Positions 9,601 through 17,759 of a stretch of 51,028 nucleotides of DNA are shown one piece after another (within the stretch, counting starts at the first letter, position 1; every line of letters starts with the position of its first letter). The notes beneath the pieces were generated by a model. It was not told the origin of the DNA, searched no databases, and saw nothing but the letters and a program-made list of their open reading frames with translations. Both the position numbers and the translations under genes were made by a program. Source of the DNA: Campylobacterota bacterium (lineage in GTDB: Bacteria; Campylobacterota; Campylobacteria; Campylobacterales; Sulfurimonadaceae); NCBI GenBank assembly GCA_034660715.1, contig JAYEJR010000151.1, positions 4,310 to 55,337 on the forward strand, in the 5' to 3' direction.

Positions 9601-12021
9601 CGAAGAAGCTGATTGAGTATCTCTAAGTATCCAAGAACCATCTTTTAAGACATATCTTACATCATCCGACTCTCTATCAACTAATCCGGAACTACCTATA
9701 TAGTAAACTTCGCGTTTATTTACAAAGTTCATATCTTCTCCAAAAAGACTACTATATAGCTTCACTCCAGGACCATTTCCATCTACATCTGAATCATACT
9801 CATACTCATACCATCCAGTAGGAAGAGTAAATTGTGTAGTTGGGTCAACTACAACTGGAATATTATCCACTTCATCTTTAATAGCTTTTGCTTCTTCAAG
9901 TAGTCCAGCAATGATAGCTGCTTGTGCAGTACCTGTTGCATAGAAACCCTCTAGTTTTATTTTTTGCGCATCTGCCGCATCTTTTGCTGCATTTGCCGCT
10001 GTTTCATTTACAGCTGTTAATGCGCTACTTGCATCTGAATAAGCTGAGTTAATTAATCCTAGTGATGTGCTTGCATCGTTATAAGCTTTAAGAGCTATCC
10101 CAGCTGAAGCATTTGCATCAGCAAATTTTGCTTGTGCATCTGAGTATAAAGGATTTCCCGCAATTGTTCCAATAGCCATCATATCTGCAGCAATCGCATC
10201 TCTAATTGTTGTCCCGCTATCATAAAGAGTTTGAGACGCATTTTTTGTGCCATTAACATCTGCTACGATAACTACAATTCTATCTATCTTCACTTGTAGT
10301 GCGACTTGAGCTGCCACTGCTAACTCTGCATCCGCTTTTACTTTATAAGCGTCTGCTAAAGCTGATGCCGCTACTGCTGCTTGTGTTGCTGCAACTTCTT
10401 TTTGCTCCAATGCAAAGCTTGAGTTACTGTCTGATAGTTCTGCCAACACCACTGCATCTTTTGCATCGCTAGCTGCATTTTCAGCTGTTGTTGCATTTCC
10501 TTCAGCTGCTGTATATATATTTGCAATCATACGTGTTTTATTTGCATCATTGTAGGCATTATTCATATGAAATCTTGCCATCTCAACATACATATTTTTC
10601 TGTGCTGTCTCAATAGCTGCTGCTGCATCTTGCTGAGCTTGTTCTACTGCTGCTTGTGCCTCTGCCAATGTTTTTTCTTGGTCAGCTGCCGCTAAGGCTG
10701 CTGCATCTGCCGCCGCTTGTCTTGCTGCCGCTGCGTCTGCTTCAGCTTGTGCTTGTGCTGCTGCAGCATTTGCATCAGCTTCTCTTTGAGCTGCCTCAGC
10801 TGCTATAGCGGCTTCTTCTTTGGCTGCTGCTACTGCTGCATTTGCTGCTGCTAAATCAGCTTCTGCTTTCTCTTTTGCCGCTTTTTCAGCCTCTGCTTGC
10901 GCTGCTAAGAATGCTTCATACTTTGCTCTATCTTCTGCATCCGCTTCTGCTGCTGCTTTTGCCGCTGCTAGATCAGCTTCAGCTTTTTCTTGAGCTTCTT
11001 TTGCTGCTACTATTTCAGCCTCTTTTTCTTGTTGTGCTTTTTGAAGAGCCTCTATAAGTGCGATCTTTTCAGATGTTAGCTTATCGGCTTCCACTTTTGC
11101 CGCTTCTGCTGCCGCTCTTAATTCAGCTTCTGCTGTTGTGTTTACTTTTGAGATAGCTGCATCAAGGTTTCCTGCTGCTTCAGCTGGTGTCCCATCTGAA
11201 ATAGCACCCTCTGCATTTTCAGCATCTCTTACTGAGTTTTCTGCAGATGTTTGTGCTACAACTTTTGCTGCGACTTTCGCTTGAGGATTCTCTTTGTATA
11301 CTTCATCTGCAGCTGCTTTTGTTGCAGCTGTTACTTTTTCTGCATCAAGTTCAACTTCACTAGTAGCTCCATCAAAATTTTCAACAATGGCATCAAAAAC
11401 ACTACTCATAGTTGAGTTTACATCAGTACCATCATCTGCACCCGCAACTGTTACTGTTGCCGAATGCACAAGAACTTGAAGTTGTGTCTGTTTTGCTAAA
11501 ACTGCTTGAGCATTTTCACTTACCTCGTTGTATGGGTCAAATGAAGTAAGGTTTACATCTACATTTGTTAAACCCATTGCTGCTTTTACATTTGCTTCTG
11601 CATCTTCTGCTGATTTCCCACCTTCAACGAGAGATTGGATTGCTGAAGTTAAAGGGGTAACTACACTTGAACCAGCTGGAGCTTTTAGTGAACCTGTAAA
11701 AGCTTGTCCTGTTGAGTTATCGACACCACCTACTAAAAGTAATGGTCCTGTAACTGTTGTTGCTGGAATCTCAAAGAGTCCTTTATCATCAGTTTTATCA
11801 AAAGGTTCGCCCTCGTCACATTTATTATTTGTTGGGTTACCATCTACACAAACTGTTGAACCAACTAAAATACCGTCAATTCCTATACCACTATATGTTT
11901 GTGCTACTGCTTTAGTGACTGGATCATCACTCCCTCCCCCTCCACTACTACATCCTGTTATCCCTAACAGTAGTGCTGTACTTAGTGATAACAGTGTAGT
12001 TCTTAAAGTAAACTTATTCAT
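6619..12021 (-). CDS. Very large surface lipoprotein (1800 aa) with an Ala/Glu-rich coiled-coil stalk and acidic beta-rich C-terminal domains
   Basis: Lipobox LLGITG|C with a Gly/Ser linker; N-domain GIDGILVGSTVCVD...CDEGEP; long Ala-rich helical run; SD aagga upstream. Confidence 0.85.
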   Translation of the reverse strand: MNKFTLRTTLLSLSTALLLGITGCSSGGGGSDDPVTKAVAQTYSGIGIDGILVGSTVCVDGNPTNNKCDEGEPFDKTDDKGLFEIPATTVTGPLLLVGGVDNSTGQAFTGSLKAPAGSSVVTPLTSAIQSLVEGGKSAEDAEANVKAAMGLTNVDVNLTSFDPYNEVSENAQAVLAKQTQLQVLVHSATVTVAGADDGTDVNSTMSSVFDAIVENFDGATSEVELDAEKVTAATKAAADEVYKENPQAKVAAKVVAQTSAENSVRDAENAEGAISDGTPAEAAGNLDAAISKVNTTAEAELRAAAEAAKVEADKLTSEKIALIEALQKAQQEKEAEIVAAKEAQEKAEADLAAAKAAAEADAEDRAKYEAFLAAQAEAEKAAKEKAEADLAAANAAVAAAKEEAAIAAEAAQREADANAAAAQAQAEADAAAARQAAADAAALAAADQEKTLAEAQAAVEQAQQDAAAAIETAQKNMYVEMARFHMNNAYNDANKTRMIANIYTAAEGNATTAENAASDAKDAVVLAELSDSNSSFALEQKEVAATQAAVAASALADAYKVKADAELAVAAQVALQVKIDRIVVIVADVNGTKNASQTLYDSGTTIRDAIAADMMAIGTIAGNPLYSDAQAKFADANASAGIALKAYNDASTSLGLINSAYSDASSALTAVNETAANAAKDAADAQKIKLEGFYATGTAQAAIIAGLLEEAKAIKDEVDNIPVVVDPTTQFTLPTGWYEYEYDSDVDGNGPGVKLYSSLFGEDMNFVNKREVYYIGSSGLVDRESDDVRYVLKDGSWILRDTQSASSFTLTDNDTILNVPVYNAEVKIVSSQDISGNTKSIEGIGDVTFSEGAKLTQFAFRNNSESYELDGVEYANNEAGNMDVIASLEKYIEKNDRSMIGDNWWVVGDEDGGVTIAEPFTGTLVEGSSGSLSQVSKPTNTSDGQTILVGTAGTAGTWEAKMLPGTSQLAIFFNITTEAYADESGQFVTMYQGADDATPVVYRGWANEVSEEFKPFHNPSLNAIGINDVMEALADLTPANQIQAFLSNKKLYPEQNNPDDPNKTEEWSFNADATVMTYSGVDKYGDYDGNGTVTYEGNSVTFTLSNGGVFTLELAISDNYVSVENTVNPISASKFYFTQGDAYGSSTPPPVTETFVASLELRGMSISNFSPEDEVREWWWEEYMLDENGDYVVDPNSGRPDNAEYNADFTITLNGVSNIKYLGTVAIADFNTEKGSSFVTDAEIHKFAYLRTTDQVSTWGEVAKDWSSGTGSEFTSLEGVIAANDGSSGKIYSNDGFTDGGLAFGADGKLIIVDANGGVLNANAGTYEIIIGNGTTDNFTRALVTKPTYQGYESKYNMAFVEEGGEILYGDFFEAGSGGVVHFFNEAAKTQFISYFDANKDAITDEIRFGEEFSAFTTEWNALVAVDASVLDGLSFYELSVDIDHQVSTPAVAMPRINTTDYSFQKSKAFNKRVFIDPSDPTYYIEEYNDYSVEGQLTRTKMEFIGGELDRKTVISYDLNYDGVNRAITELDRTVPVLRNWTFADGYVLRPIEMTLNEEYSYVTNTTFYRDGNISTTVDGSLENNMTLVDVSTGITVPYGTANDCIRINNVLTAELLTNKEQSTVFCRGIGKTEVATVGDRTTQLQSIEESDVPFEVSTVATYPQNVPADYGDGDLTGRTVYEVYFEKNDNGDIFRSISEIKVINATDVNITGIEGEEAGNTFAVTYVVDGNKITTSYQGECMGETYDFMIESEPYFMISHYYQLNSSNNCERVEGAGESMGDINYMFTSLEAAQAFYLY

Positions 12022-12067
12022 GAACTTATCCTTTAAAGTTAAGATTTATATGCTTATATGTTACTCT

Positions 12068-12091
12068 TTTGGTGTCACGTTTGGCGTCACA
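12068..12091. promoter_or_regulatory. Tandem 12-bp direct repeat, candidate response-regulator binding site
   Basis: tttggtgtcacg / tttggcgtcaca in the 109-bp divergent intergenic region. Confidence 0.5.
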
Positions 12092-12130
12092 TTTTTAGTA
12101 AATTTTAAAATTTAATGATAAAATGTCTCT

Positions 12131-13948
12131 ATGAAACAAATTGTAACACTATTATTTTTCTTATTGCTTCATTTATCTTTAGATGCAATTACACTAGATG
12201 AAAAGAGCTCTAACATAGATGTTCTAGCCAACTCATCTATACTCTATGATGGAACTAACTCCCTTTTTTTTGAAGACATAAAAAAAATGAAATTTCAAAA
12301 AAATTCTCTCTCAACTATAAATCTTGGCATAGCACCCGATACAGCTTTATGGATTCGATTCACACTTCAAAACTCTACTGATAAAGTACTATACAAGACT
12401 CTAGAGTACGCAAACCCCGAAACTGAGGACATAGATTTCTTTAGTGACAACCAACACATAAAAGATGGAATGTTTCACCATGGGAAAAACCGTAAAACCA
12501 TAAACCCAGTATTTGAAATAGAGTTGCAACCTTATGAAGAAAAGCTCATCTACATTAAAGCCCATTGTAAGATTTCAACTATGATTGCTAAACTTACATT
12601 ATGGAATAATGTAGATTTCATACATCAAAACTTTGAGCATAAACTATTTGTTTTTCTATTTTTCAGCGTTATTACTACGCTATTTCTCTATAACCTGATG
12701 CTTTATATATTTACTAAAGACATGGCATATTTTTATTATATAGCATACCTATTTTCTATGATGCTTTTTCAGTCTGTTTACTTAGGAGTTGCTCAACTTT
12801 ATTTCTTTAGTAACGAGGTCTCTATCTTTATCACTAAGGGTACCATAGGCTATATTAGTCTACTTGTTATCTCTATAATTCTCTTTACTATGGAGTTTTT
12901 AAACACCAAACAGTTTAAAAAACTACATAAATTTTTAAAATCTTATCTTTATATTCTTCCTATCATCACCATTCTGAGTTTTAATAACTTTCTTTTTGAT
13001 TTGCATATTATGCTAGTGTTTTTTCCACTGGCGTTTATGCTTATATTTACAAGTATATACGCATATATTAGTGGCGTTGAAGAAGCTAAATTCTACTTAG
13101 TAGGTTGGAGTGCTTTAATCATATCGCTTGCTCTTTCAGTCTACCAATCCATAGGTGGAACTCTAAACTATAAGTATATGAACGAGTTGGCTTTTATGTT
13201 TGAAGCATTTATGTTCTCAATAGCATTAGCACATAAAATAAAAATCATAACAAGAGCCAAACATTTAGCCGATGAAAAGCTCATTGCCTTTCAAAGAGGG
13301 GAGCAAGAACTACTTCAAAAACTAGTTGATGTAAAAACTAAAGAGTTGAGAAGTTCTTTAGAAGAAAAAGAGATTTTATACAAGGAGTTAAACCATAGAG
13401 TTAAAAACAATCTACAGATGATTCTCTCTCTTATAGAACTTCAAATCAACAAAGCTTCAGGCTCAGATACAAAAGAGGAACTTACCGTTACAAAAAATAG
13501 AATTAACTCTATAGCTAACTTATATGAAATTCTCCATCTCAAAGAAGACTCTAAAAACTTTAAAACACTTCAATACTTCACAAACATTGTTACAACTATT
13601 CAAAAAAACTTTACTCAAAACATCGAAATTACATATGATATAAAACATAACATTAACCTAGATCATTCTATCTATTGTGGCCTTATTCTTAATGAACTTG
13701 TAACAAACTCTTTTAAGTACGCCTTTAAAATAAGTGGTATAATTAATATAAATACTCATATAAAAGACGGTGTTTCTTATATGGTTGTCAAGGATAATGG
13801 TGTAGGTTTTAACACTAGCAATAGTTCTTCTCTGGGTTTAATCATTGTAGAAACACTTACTAAAAAACAGTTGCAGGGGAACCTTTTGATTGAGTCTCAA
13901 AATGGTGTTTGTGTAACTATCTCATGGAGTGAAAATGAAAAAAGCTAA
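12131..13948 (+). CDS. Sensor histidine kinase with a 7TMR-DISM extracellular domain, 7TM region and HisKA_2-type kinase
   Basis: ELNHRVKNNLQ H-box, LILNELVTNSFKYA N-box, DNGVG and SLGL G-boxes; periplasmic 'LWIRF' domain followed by multiple TMs. Confidence 0.9.
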   Translation: MKQIVTLLFFLLLHLSLDAITLDEKSSNIDVLANSSILYDGTNSLFFEDIKKMKFQKNSLSTINLGIAPDTALWIRFTLQNSTDKVLYKTLEYANPETEDIDFFSDNQHIKDGMFHHGKNRKTINPVFEIELQPYEEKLIYIKAHCKISTMIAKLTLWNNVDFIHQNFEHKLFVFLFFSVITTLFLYNLMLYIFTKDMAYFYYIAYLFSMMLFQSVYLGVAQLYFFSNEVSIFITKGTIGYISLLVISIILFTMEFLNTKQFKKLHKFLKSYLYILPIITILSFNNFLFDLHIMLVFFPLAFMLIFTSIYAYISGVEEAKFYLVGWSALIISLALSVYQSIGGTLNYKYMNELAFMFEAFMFSIALAHKIKIITRAKHLADEKLIAFQRGEQELLQKLVDVKTKELRSSLEEKEILYKELNHRVKNNLQMILSLIELQINKASGSDTKEELTVTKNRINSIANLYEILHLKEDSKNFKTLQYFTNIVTTIQKNFTQNIEITYDIKHNINLDHSIYCGLILNELVTNSFKYAFKISGIININTHIKDGVSYMVVKDNGVGFNTSNSSSLGLIIVETLTKKQLQGNLLIESQNGVCVTISWSENEKS

Positions 13949-14639
13949 CTTAAACATACTACTCGTAGAAGATGAGAGTCTCTTAGCCTTAGAGTTCTCC
14001 ACCTACATTAAAAATTGTGGATTTAATGTAGTGGACTATGTAACAAACTCTAAAGACGCTATTAAAATTGTAACTGAGAATGAAATTAACTTAATTATTA
14101 TGGATATAAACATAAATGAAAGTATTGATGGCATAGATCTTTATAAACTTCTTAACACCGATGCATTTGTTATCTACCTCACAGCTTATAAAGATGATAA
14201 AACAATTGCCAAAGCCATTGAAACTGATCCGCTTGGTTACCTTACAAAACCTCTTAGCAATGGTGAACTTAAAGCTCTCTTACAACTAGCGGATATGAAA
14301 GTCGCTAAAGAGTTAAATAGTAAAACAAAGAATTTTAAACTTTCAAAAAACTACTGTTTTGATCTAAAAGACGATGCTCTTTATTATAAAAAAAGATTTG
14401 TAAAAATTAGCACTAAGAAGATAGAGCTTTTGAAACTTCTCATAGAAGCCGATGGGCAAGCTATAAGTTTTAAAGCTATAGAAGATGAAATATGGAAAGA
14501 TTCCTCTCCAAGCGAATCAGCTCTTAGAACACTTATCTACAGACTGCGTGGCGAATTAAAAGAAGATGTAATTGAAAATGAATTGAATTTTGGGATTAAG
14601 TTAAAAAAAGACTCTTCTCCAGATACCTGCGGCACATAA
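13929..14639 (+). CDS. Response regulator (receiver plus winged-helix DNA-binding domain)
   Basis: LLVEDE, IMDI, YLTAY and YLTKP receiver motifs; ALRTLIYRLR wHTH. Confidence 0.92.
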   Translation: MKMKKANLNILLVEDESLLALEFSTYIKNCGFNVVDYVTNSKDAIKIVTENEINLIIMDININESIDGIDLYKLLNTDAFVIYLTAYKDDKTIAKAIETDPLGYLTKPLSNGELKALLQLADMKVAKELNSKTKNFKLSKNYCFDLKDDALYYKKRFVKISTKKIELLKLLIEADGQAISFKAIEDEIWKDSSPSESALRTLIYRLRGELKEDVIENELNFGIKLKKDSSPDTCGT

Positions 14640-14715
14640 TCACTAAAGGTGGGCTGCTGTATTCCTACCCTGACCCATTATCCTTAACGACCATTGCACA
14701 GGTCTAAAGAAGAGA
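14612..14715 (-). ncRNA. ffs: Signal recognition particle RNA (4.5S)
   Basis: Minus strand reads GGGUCAGGGUAGGAAUACAGCAGCCC (helix 8 with GGAA tetraloop). The ends pair (CUCUUCUUUAGA...UCUGGAGAAGAG), TATAAT lies just upstream and a U-run follows. Confidence 0.93.
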
Positions 14716-14765
14716 ACTGACATTATAGCCAGAAAGTCGAATTTTTCAAAACTTTTTAAAACTTT

Positions 14766-15104
14766 TTAAATTTTTATGGAATTTATCGCTTTTTGCATAG
14801 CTTTTACATACGAAACATAATCGAACAAACTATCTTCACTACTAGCAGCATGTTCTATCTCTTTTGCCATTAATGAGAGTTCATTAAACCTAAGATTTGC
14901 TGCACTCCCTTTTATCGAGTGTGCACTTGCTCGAATACTAGAATAATTTTTCATCCCTATCTCTTTTTCTAAACTGCTAAGTAGTTCTGGTGTTTCTTCT
15001 AAAAAGCTTCCGATTAAAATAGGTATATGCTTAACTTTTAGTCCTATCTCTTTTGCAATGGCTTCATGATCTAAGTTCGAATAATCTGGATTGGTGATTG
15101 GCAT
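14766..15104 (-). CDS. Stand-alone Hpt (histidine phosphotransfer) domain protein
   Basis: AHSIKGSAANL motif, 112 aa. Confidence 0.9.
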   Translation of the reverse strand: MPITNPDYSNLDHEAIAKEIGLKVKHIPILIGSFLEETPELLSSLEKEIGMKNYSSIRASAHSIKGSAANLRFNELSLMAKEIEHAASSEDSLFDYVSYVKAMQKAINSIKI

Positions 15105-15174
15105 CTATCAATGTCCTTAAAATATTTGTACTATAATATCAAGTATATTTTAAAATTATACTAAAAGGAAAAAA

Positions 15175-15714
15175 TTGCTTTATATCGTTACAGCTCTAAA
15201 AAGCGAAGCACAAGCTTTTGTTGATAAATACTCTCTTACAAAATCAAAGCTACAGAACTTTACTATTTTTTCTAACAAAGATATGATTTTGATAGTTAGC
15301 AATATAGGAGTAATAAACGCCAGGCAAGCGACTCAAGCACTTATCAACCAGTATGATATTACAGACGATGACACCTATCTCAATATAGGAATTTGTGGTG
15401 CATCGGTCAACTACACTATAGGTGACTTGTTAGAAGTAGGTTCTGTTGTTTACGATGGAATGGAGTATAGTTTTCATACAGATGCGACTACTGTCACCTG
15501 CGTAGATGAAGAGATCAGCGAAGCTAGCTATGAAGTAGTCGATATGGAATCGTACGGTTTTTATGATGCAGTTATACATAACCCTGCTATTAAAAACTTC
15601 TATATACTCAAGGTTGTAAGTGACCACTTTGAACCTGAAAAAGTTACGAAAGATGGAAGTAAACAGCTTGTTTTTAAGATCCTCTCCTCAAGTCCAATTT
15701 TAAAAGATCTTTAG
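15175..15714 (+). CDS. Nucleoside phosphorylase-fold protein
   Basis: IVTALKSEA, LNIGICG, VDMESYGF and KVVSD motifs. Confidence 0.75.
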   Translation: MLYIVTALKSEAQAFVDKYSLTKSKLQNFTIFSNKDMILIVSNIGVINARQATQALINQYDITDDDTYLNIGICGASVNYTIGDLLEVGSVVYDGMEYSFHTDATTVTCVDEEISEASYEVVDMESYGFYDAVIHNPAIKNFYILKVVSDHFEPEKVTKDGSKQLVFKILSSSPILKDL

Positions 15715-16827
15715 CTCATACTTAACACTACGTCCAGCTGTACCCGCTATCTGCTCTATATAGCCAAATGAGACTAGTTCTTGTATATCTCTAAATGCCG
15801 TTGGTTTTGAGACTTTTGTCATACTCATGTACTTTTTAGTACTCAACCCACCCTCAAACTCATCTTTAGAGTACTCCAAAAGTTTATTGAGAACTTTGAT
15901 TTGTCTAGTGTTTAGTTTTTCTTCATTGATTCCATTCCAGAATTTTGCTTTTTGAACAAATATCTCTACTTTTTTAAGTCCTAGTTCAACAGAAGCTTTT
16001 AAAACCTGAGTATGCCACTCTATCCATTTTGTAAAATCGTATGCCCTGTTGTAGAGAAGGTTTTGAGATTTCTCCAAAGTATCGTAGTAAGCTTTTTTAT
16101 CAAGCTCTATAGCGGATGAAATAGAGAAGTACTTATACTCCAAGTGCATCTCTCTTGAGAGTATGTAGTCTGCGATGACCCTAGCAATCCTACCGTTTCC
16201 ATCATCATAAGGATGTATACTCACAAACCATAAGTGTGCTTTAGCACTCTTAATATATAAGTTCTCAGAGCTATTGTTTATATACTCTAATAACTCTTCG
16301 ATGTTCTGTTTAATATCTTTAGCCAGTATGGCACGATAGTGTACTTTCTCCCTACCATGATGTCCTGATACAACTTCCATATCATCATACTCACGAAACT
16401 CCCCCACTTTTATATCTTCGAACAAAGAGGAGTATCCTCCTGCAAAGAGTGCACTATGCCATTTATGAAGGCGCGCTATAGTAAGCTCTTTATGATTATG
16501 GTTACTATCTATAAGTAGAGAGGTAAGTGCATCTGTTTGATGTGTAGAGCTATCTTCACCAAGGCTAAAGTTCTTGTCTAGTCTTTTTCTAACTGATGAG
16601 CGAACACTCTCATAATTTAGTAGTTCACCCTCTATGGCGTTTGTCGCAATAATCTCCTCTATGAAAGTATCTACCGCTATGATATGCTCTTTAGATGTAT
16701 CGATGATTTCAATGAGAGTTGAAAGTTTCCCTATCTTTTGAGAAGTACTATCTATCTCATTGATAAGCTCTTGTGCTTTATAAGGAAAACTAGGATACTG
16801 CTCATGTTCCCACAACCATTTTTTCAT
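15700..16827 (-). CDS. Fic family protein with a DUF4172-like N-terminus and C-terminal wHTH
   Basis: HPYDDGNGRIAR Fic motif; N-terminal WLWEHEQYPSF; C-terminal SKPTAFRDIQELV. Confidence 0.92.
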   Translation of the reverse strand: MKKWLWEHEQYPSFPYKAQELINEIDSTSQKIGKLSTLIEIIDTSKEHIIAVDTFIEEIIATNAIEGELLNYESVRSSVRKRLDKNFSLGEDSSTHQTDALTSLLIDSNHNHKELTIARLHKWHSALFAGGYSSLFEDIKVGEFREYDDMEVVSGHHGREKVHYRAILAKDIKQNIEELLEYINNSSENLYIKSAKAHLWFVSIHPYDDGNGRIARVIADYILSREMHLEYKYFSISSAIELDKKAYYDTLEKSQNLLYNRAYDFTKWIEWHTQVLKASVELGLKKVEIFVQKAKFWNGINEEKLNTRQIKVLNKLLEYSKDEFEGGLSTKKYMSMTKVSKPTAFRDIQELVSFGYIEQIAGTAGRSVKYELKIF

Positions 16828-16840
16828 ACAAACTTCCTAA

Positions 16841-16887
16841 ATGATGCGATTATTTTATATAATCGTATCATATTTTTATACGATTAT
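16841..16887. promoter_or_regulatory. Three-half-site palindromic operator upstream of the Fic gene
   Basis: atgatgcgattat-N5-ataatcgtatcat, plus a third half site atacgattat. Confidence 0.6.
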
Positions 16888-16909
16888 CAATAGCATGTAT
16901 AATATATTA

Positions 16910-17257
16910 TTACATTAGATCGCATATTTTAGATTTTAACTTTTGTAGCTCCTCAGGTGTAAGTTTGGTAAGAACACCTTTAGTAAGTTCTACTCTTTTT
17001 AGGTCAAGTGTGCATAACCAGTTAGCAACTATAAAACTCTTCTCTTTTAGCTTGTCTCTTGGTTGGATTTCTATTTTGTACTCTGTTTGAATATCTTGTG
17101 TTGAGAGAGGAACTACAAGCAGTGACTGATACTTAGTATCTTCAAGAGCCCTATTTAAAAAGTTGTTTTGCAAAACAACTGCTGGTCGTACTTTTCCAAA
17201 CTCACTATTATACTTTTTTGCAAAGTTTACAAGATAGACCTCCCCCTGCTCTATCAT
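16910..17257 (-). CDS. PemK/MazF family toxin (endoribonuclease)
   Basis: GEVYLVNF, EFGKVRPAVVLQ and LVVPLST motifs. Confidence 0.92.
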   Translation of the reverse strand: MIEQGEVYLVNFAKKYNSEFGKVRPAVVLQNNFLNRALEDTKYQSLLVVPLSTQDIQTEYKIEIQPRDKLKEKSFIVANWLCTLDLKRVELTKGVLTKLTPEELQKLKSKICDLM

Positions 17258-17508
17258 ATCTTCTCTCCTATATCTTCGATAACACTCTCAAGAGTATCGG
17301 GGTGATCACTGTTGAGTAGTCCCTCATTTCTCTTAAGCCACATCTGGTACTCTACCTCTTTAAGTGCATCGTGTAAGTAAGACTCATAACTTGCAGGAAT
17401 CACAATACTTTTGAGTTCATTCTTTCTTTTGTCATGAACATAAAGTATTTCATCTGCATCACTAATAATTTTTGGGTGTTTTGCTATTTCATTTACTGCT
17501 ACTATCAT
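17254..17508 (-). CDS. Putative antitoxin of the PemK/MazF toxin
   Basis: 84 aa from ATG 17508 (SD aaggag). ATGA overlap with the toxin; acidic C-terminus. Confidence 0.75.
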   Translation of the reverse strand: MIVAVNEIAKHPKIISDADEILYVHDKRKNELKSIVIPASYESYLHDALKEVEYQMWLKRNEGLLNSDHPDTLESVIEDIGEKI

Positions 17509-17759
17509 ACTATCTCCTTTATACATATAATAATATACTTATAATGATATACAGCTTAAATGCTGGTTTATTCATCATCATTCCTTAATAAAATCTAACT
17601 ATATACTACATAAACATTTTTTAGTTTTATCTAATATATCACTATTTAATTTATAAAAAACAAAATGTGTTAATTAGTGTAACAAAATAGAATGACTTAA
17701 ATCACTCCTTAACCCTATTCATGCTATAAAGAGCTTATAATATTATTTTAGGAATTTCA

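Noticed and set aside
10600-11350. gct/tgc-rich low-complexity tract as a tandem DNA repeat
   Set aside because: Explained by Ala-rich coding; no exact repeat unit.
6730-12115. Plus-strand ORFs (e.g. 7988-8452, 11528-12115) within the giant lipoprotein gene
   Set aside because: Antisense shadows of a codon-biased gene, with no motifs or SD.
14641-14700. Riboswitch or tRNA
   Set aside because: The helix 8 motif and terminal stem identify SRP RNA.
14742-14775. Repeated ttttaaaact as an operator
   Set aside because: Consistent with the periodic A/T tracts of the ffs promoter upstream region.
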